Made by a program: the position numbers and the translations under genes. From positions 1-26,984 of the forward strand of contig JBJOFM010000105.1 in NCBI GenBank assembly GCA_046048755.1: DNA of 26,984 nt, given 5' to 3'. The stretch comes from Bacteroidota bacterium (lineage in GTDB: Bacteria; Bacteroidota; Bacteroidia; NS11-12g; UBA955). The notes under the pieces are model-generated. The model saw only the letters and a program-made list of their open reading frames with translations, searched no databases and was not told where the DNA came from. Below, in pieces: positions 24,514 through 26,984 of this stretch; the stretch's first letter is position 1; each line of letters starts with the position of its first letter.

Positions 24514-26984
24514 GATTATTTCCGTTATCAAGCTTTACCTAAGGGATCTGCTTACGGAAAAGCGCCAATTGGGGCAAAGCCTATAGTTGGAAAAGATACT
24601 TTATATAACTATATCATTCAAAACCGCGGCGGTGATGATCCATACCAGATGGCTTGTTCTAATGTGTGGAATGATGGTTTAACGAAGATATACGATGGTC
24701 CTGATACCTTAATTACTGCAAAGATTTGGGGTTGGAAAATAGCTGCGGATGCGTCAGCAGCGTGGGATATCATTAAAGATCGATTGGATAAGGCGGGATT
24801 TGATCCTTTCGCTATCAGCCCCACCCAATTAGCGGCGATGATTTGGAATCGTGTTGGTAAAATCGGTCAGCCTGCTACTGGAGCCTATGGTTGTATTGAT
24901 ACCGCCGGTTTTGGTAAGTTTATCCGTTACTATTATGTGCCCGATACCAGCAAGATGAAAATCGTTCATCCTCGCGATACCAACATCAATCCGTTGGATA
25001 AGAATATCGTGAAAGGTTTTAATAACGACAATCCATTCAGTTCGTACAAATTCAATCCTATCTGGGATGGTTACCATATCATCAGTTTGGCGATGACTTC
25101 GTCTAACGGTAAGTGTGATGACATCGCAGCATTCCCAATAATCGTTGGATTTGCCATGGAATTGGAATTGAACGACTCAATAGTTTGTCAAGATGAAGCT
25201 AATACTTTAAGCGTATTGCCTAAGTATAAGATGTTCCACCCAGATCCAATAAACTTTGGTACTTGGGACTTTACAGACTACTGGCGTAATCCAGATCGTT
25301 TAAAGGATGCTGGAAGACCTAACCGTGAACCATTTACCAAGTGGGATTGGAACAAAGCGGATGATAATTCCTCTGATCCGAAGACCATTTTTGGTGGATC
25401 TCCATACGGTGGTACAGGTGTTGGTACTGTTATAAATCCTTACGTTCAGTTGGGTGGCGGCGGTCCAATGGCCAAGTATTACAAGAATGATTCGGGTGTT
25501 TATGTATTCAGAAATATCGCTGGTGATAGTACTGGTTGTGTAGATACCGTAGAAAAGCGTTTGTTCATTACTCGTTTGGATGTGAAGTTTGATTTGAACA
25601 TCAGTACCCCTAGTTGTAATTCTATTATCGAATTCTATGATTCAACCATATTGCATGATCCATGTCGTTGGGCGATGAAGAATTGTAATGGACCTACTCC
25701 AATGATGTGTGACTATGTTCGAGAGTGGTTTATTGATTGGGGTGATGGTCGAACCAACTTATTCAAGCGTGCTAAATCTAATGAAACAGGTTTACCTGAT
25801 CGTATAGCGCACAAGTATACTCGAAACGGTTGGTTCCAAGTTACCTATATTGTTAAAACAGACCAAGGTTGTGGTGATACCTTCAAGCGTTGGATTAAGA
25901 TTCCAGGTCCTCGTCCACGATTTGAGTTCACAACCATCTTTGGTGATTCAGCTACCATTTGCGAAGGCGATAGCATTCAGTTTAGTAACTTAACCGATAG
26001 TGCTACTTCGGGTGCCGATTGGATTTGGTACTATGGTGACAAAGGAATCGATAACAGAAAAGACGGTAAATTGTGGCATCAGTACAATACTCCCGGTTTG
26101 TACTATGTCTTCTTAGAGCAATACGATAGTTTGATAATTCCTCCTAATGTAAAGAAGTACTGTAATGCGATTTTCCCTGATACCCCCACTCAAGGTGCTT
26201 TCCGAGTGCGTGTAATTAAGCGGGATACGGTGCGTGGTTCAATATTGAAACCGGCAATTTGTGTAGGCGATAGTAACACCTTCATTGATTTCTCGGATAC
26301 TGCTTTAAAGACATACGGTTGGAGATTCTTTAATATGAGTACTGGTGAATTGGATACGGTGGTAACGGCTAATAAGACTATCAGTTGGAAGTTTAATAAG
26401 CCGGGAACGTATCGAGTGACGCATTTGGGTTATCATGATCCAAATCGACCAAGACCGTGGTGTCCTACAGTAATGCCGGATTTATTCTTCCTCGTTGATA
26501 GTGTAGTGGCGAACTTCTCAATAGATTCCTCGAATACGCCAGACTTTAAGTTCACAAGGGAAGATATCAACGGTGTTACTTTCCGATGGGGTTATTATCA
26601 CCAGAGCAACATTAAGTTTACCGGTGAGCCATTTGTTGTTGACTTCGATAAGAGTGATAAAGTAGTGAGTGTAAGCTACACAGGAACGGATACATTCTGG
26701 ATTTGTTTCGAAGCTACCAATGCTACCGGTTGTAAGGATACCATTTGTAAGAGCGTATCGGTGAACCAGTTCATTACCTTGGCGAACGTGTTTACTCCTG
26801 GAGATGACAAGAAGAATGATGTGTTCCGCGTTCCAATCGCTGGATATGACGTATTTGAATTGCGTATCTTCAACCGTTTCGGTGAGAGAGTGTTCACAAC
26901 AGAAGATCCTAAGAAGTTCTGGAATGGTCAGGTAAATAATGACGGTCCAGAAGTTCCGAGCGGTACGTATTTCTACCAATTGAC
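24514..26984 (+). CDS. In-frame continuation of the giant PKD protein (3'-partial) ending in a T9SS type-B CTD; absent from the ORF track
   Basis: Manual translation of frame +1 gives 823 sense codons with no stop. It contains PKD motifs (IDWGDG...HKYTRNG...GCGDT; WIWYYGD...HQYNTPGLY; GCKDTICK). From 26779 it reads LANVFTPGDDKKNDVFRV...FELRIFNRFGERVF...FWNG...VPSGTYFYQL. Confidence 0.88.

Larger units (their letters stand above)
21625..26984 (+). pseudogene. Single >1780-codon T9SS PKD gene interrupted by one nonsense codon (possible pseudogene or sequence error)
   Basis: The same frame runs on both sides of TAA 24511-24513. The signal peptide is only in the 5' part and the CTD only in the 3' part. 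Nonsense allele, base-call error and readthrough cannot be told apart from sequence alone. Confidence 0.45.

Noticed and set aside
378-26979. The many 60-216 aa ORFs antisense to or out of frame within long genes (e.g. 8827-9363, 13694-14107, 21958-22608, 26518-26979)
   Set aside because: All are fully nested in well-supported genes, show no recognisable motifs, and are expected shadows of codon bias.
1-26984. CRISPR arrays, tRNA/rRNA genes, IS elements, prophage or defence genes
   Set aside because: No regularly spaced repeats, RNA-gene signatures, transposase, integrase or nuclease motifs were seen. All intergenic gaps are short and accounted for.

Overview
This is a Bacteroidota-type chromosomal region, judged from the T9SS sorting domains, TAnnTTTG promoter elements and Gln at +1 after signal peptides. 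Almost all genes lie on the + strand. Gene order: M49 dipeptidyl-peptidase III-like protein (5' end off-window, with Met/Pro insertions and a Q/G/M/N/P low-complexity tail), Prc/Tsp C-terminal protease, ccmB (- strand), biotin carboxylase and a D-2-hydroxyacid dehydrogenase. Next is a tightly spaced three-gene envelope module: a SusD-less TonB-dependent receptor, a 1293-aa T9SS cargo and a PorV-like barrel. Then come greA, a HIT protein, lgt, holB, an ECF sigma factor, a membrane-anchored anti-sigma-like protein ending in a T9SS type-B CTD, and a giant PKD/Cys-rich T9SS protein. Three signals stand out. (1) The giant gene is cut by a single in-frame TAA (24511-24513), yet the same frame stays open for 823 more codons to the window end and encodes the type-B CTD; the ORF track misses this part. 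(2) The same motif, CAACC-N16-C(A/G)TCT, sits upstream of both the ECF sigma gene and the giant gene, suggesting a sigma / CTD-bearing anti-sigma / surface-protein circuit. (3) The TBDR + T9SS cargo + dedicated PorV paralog operon. No rRNA, tRNA, CRISPR array or mobile element was seen. All calls come from reading the sequence, with no database searches.
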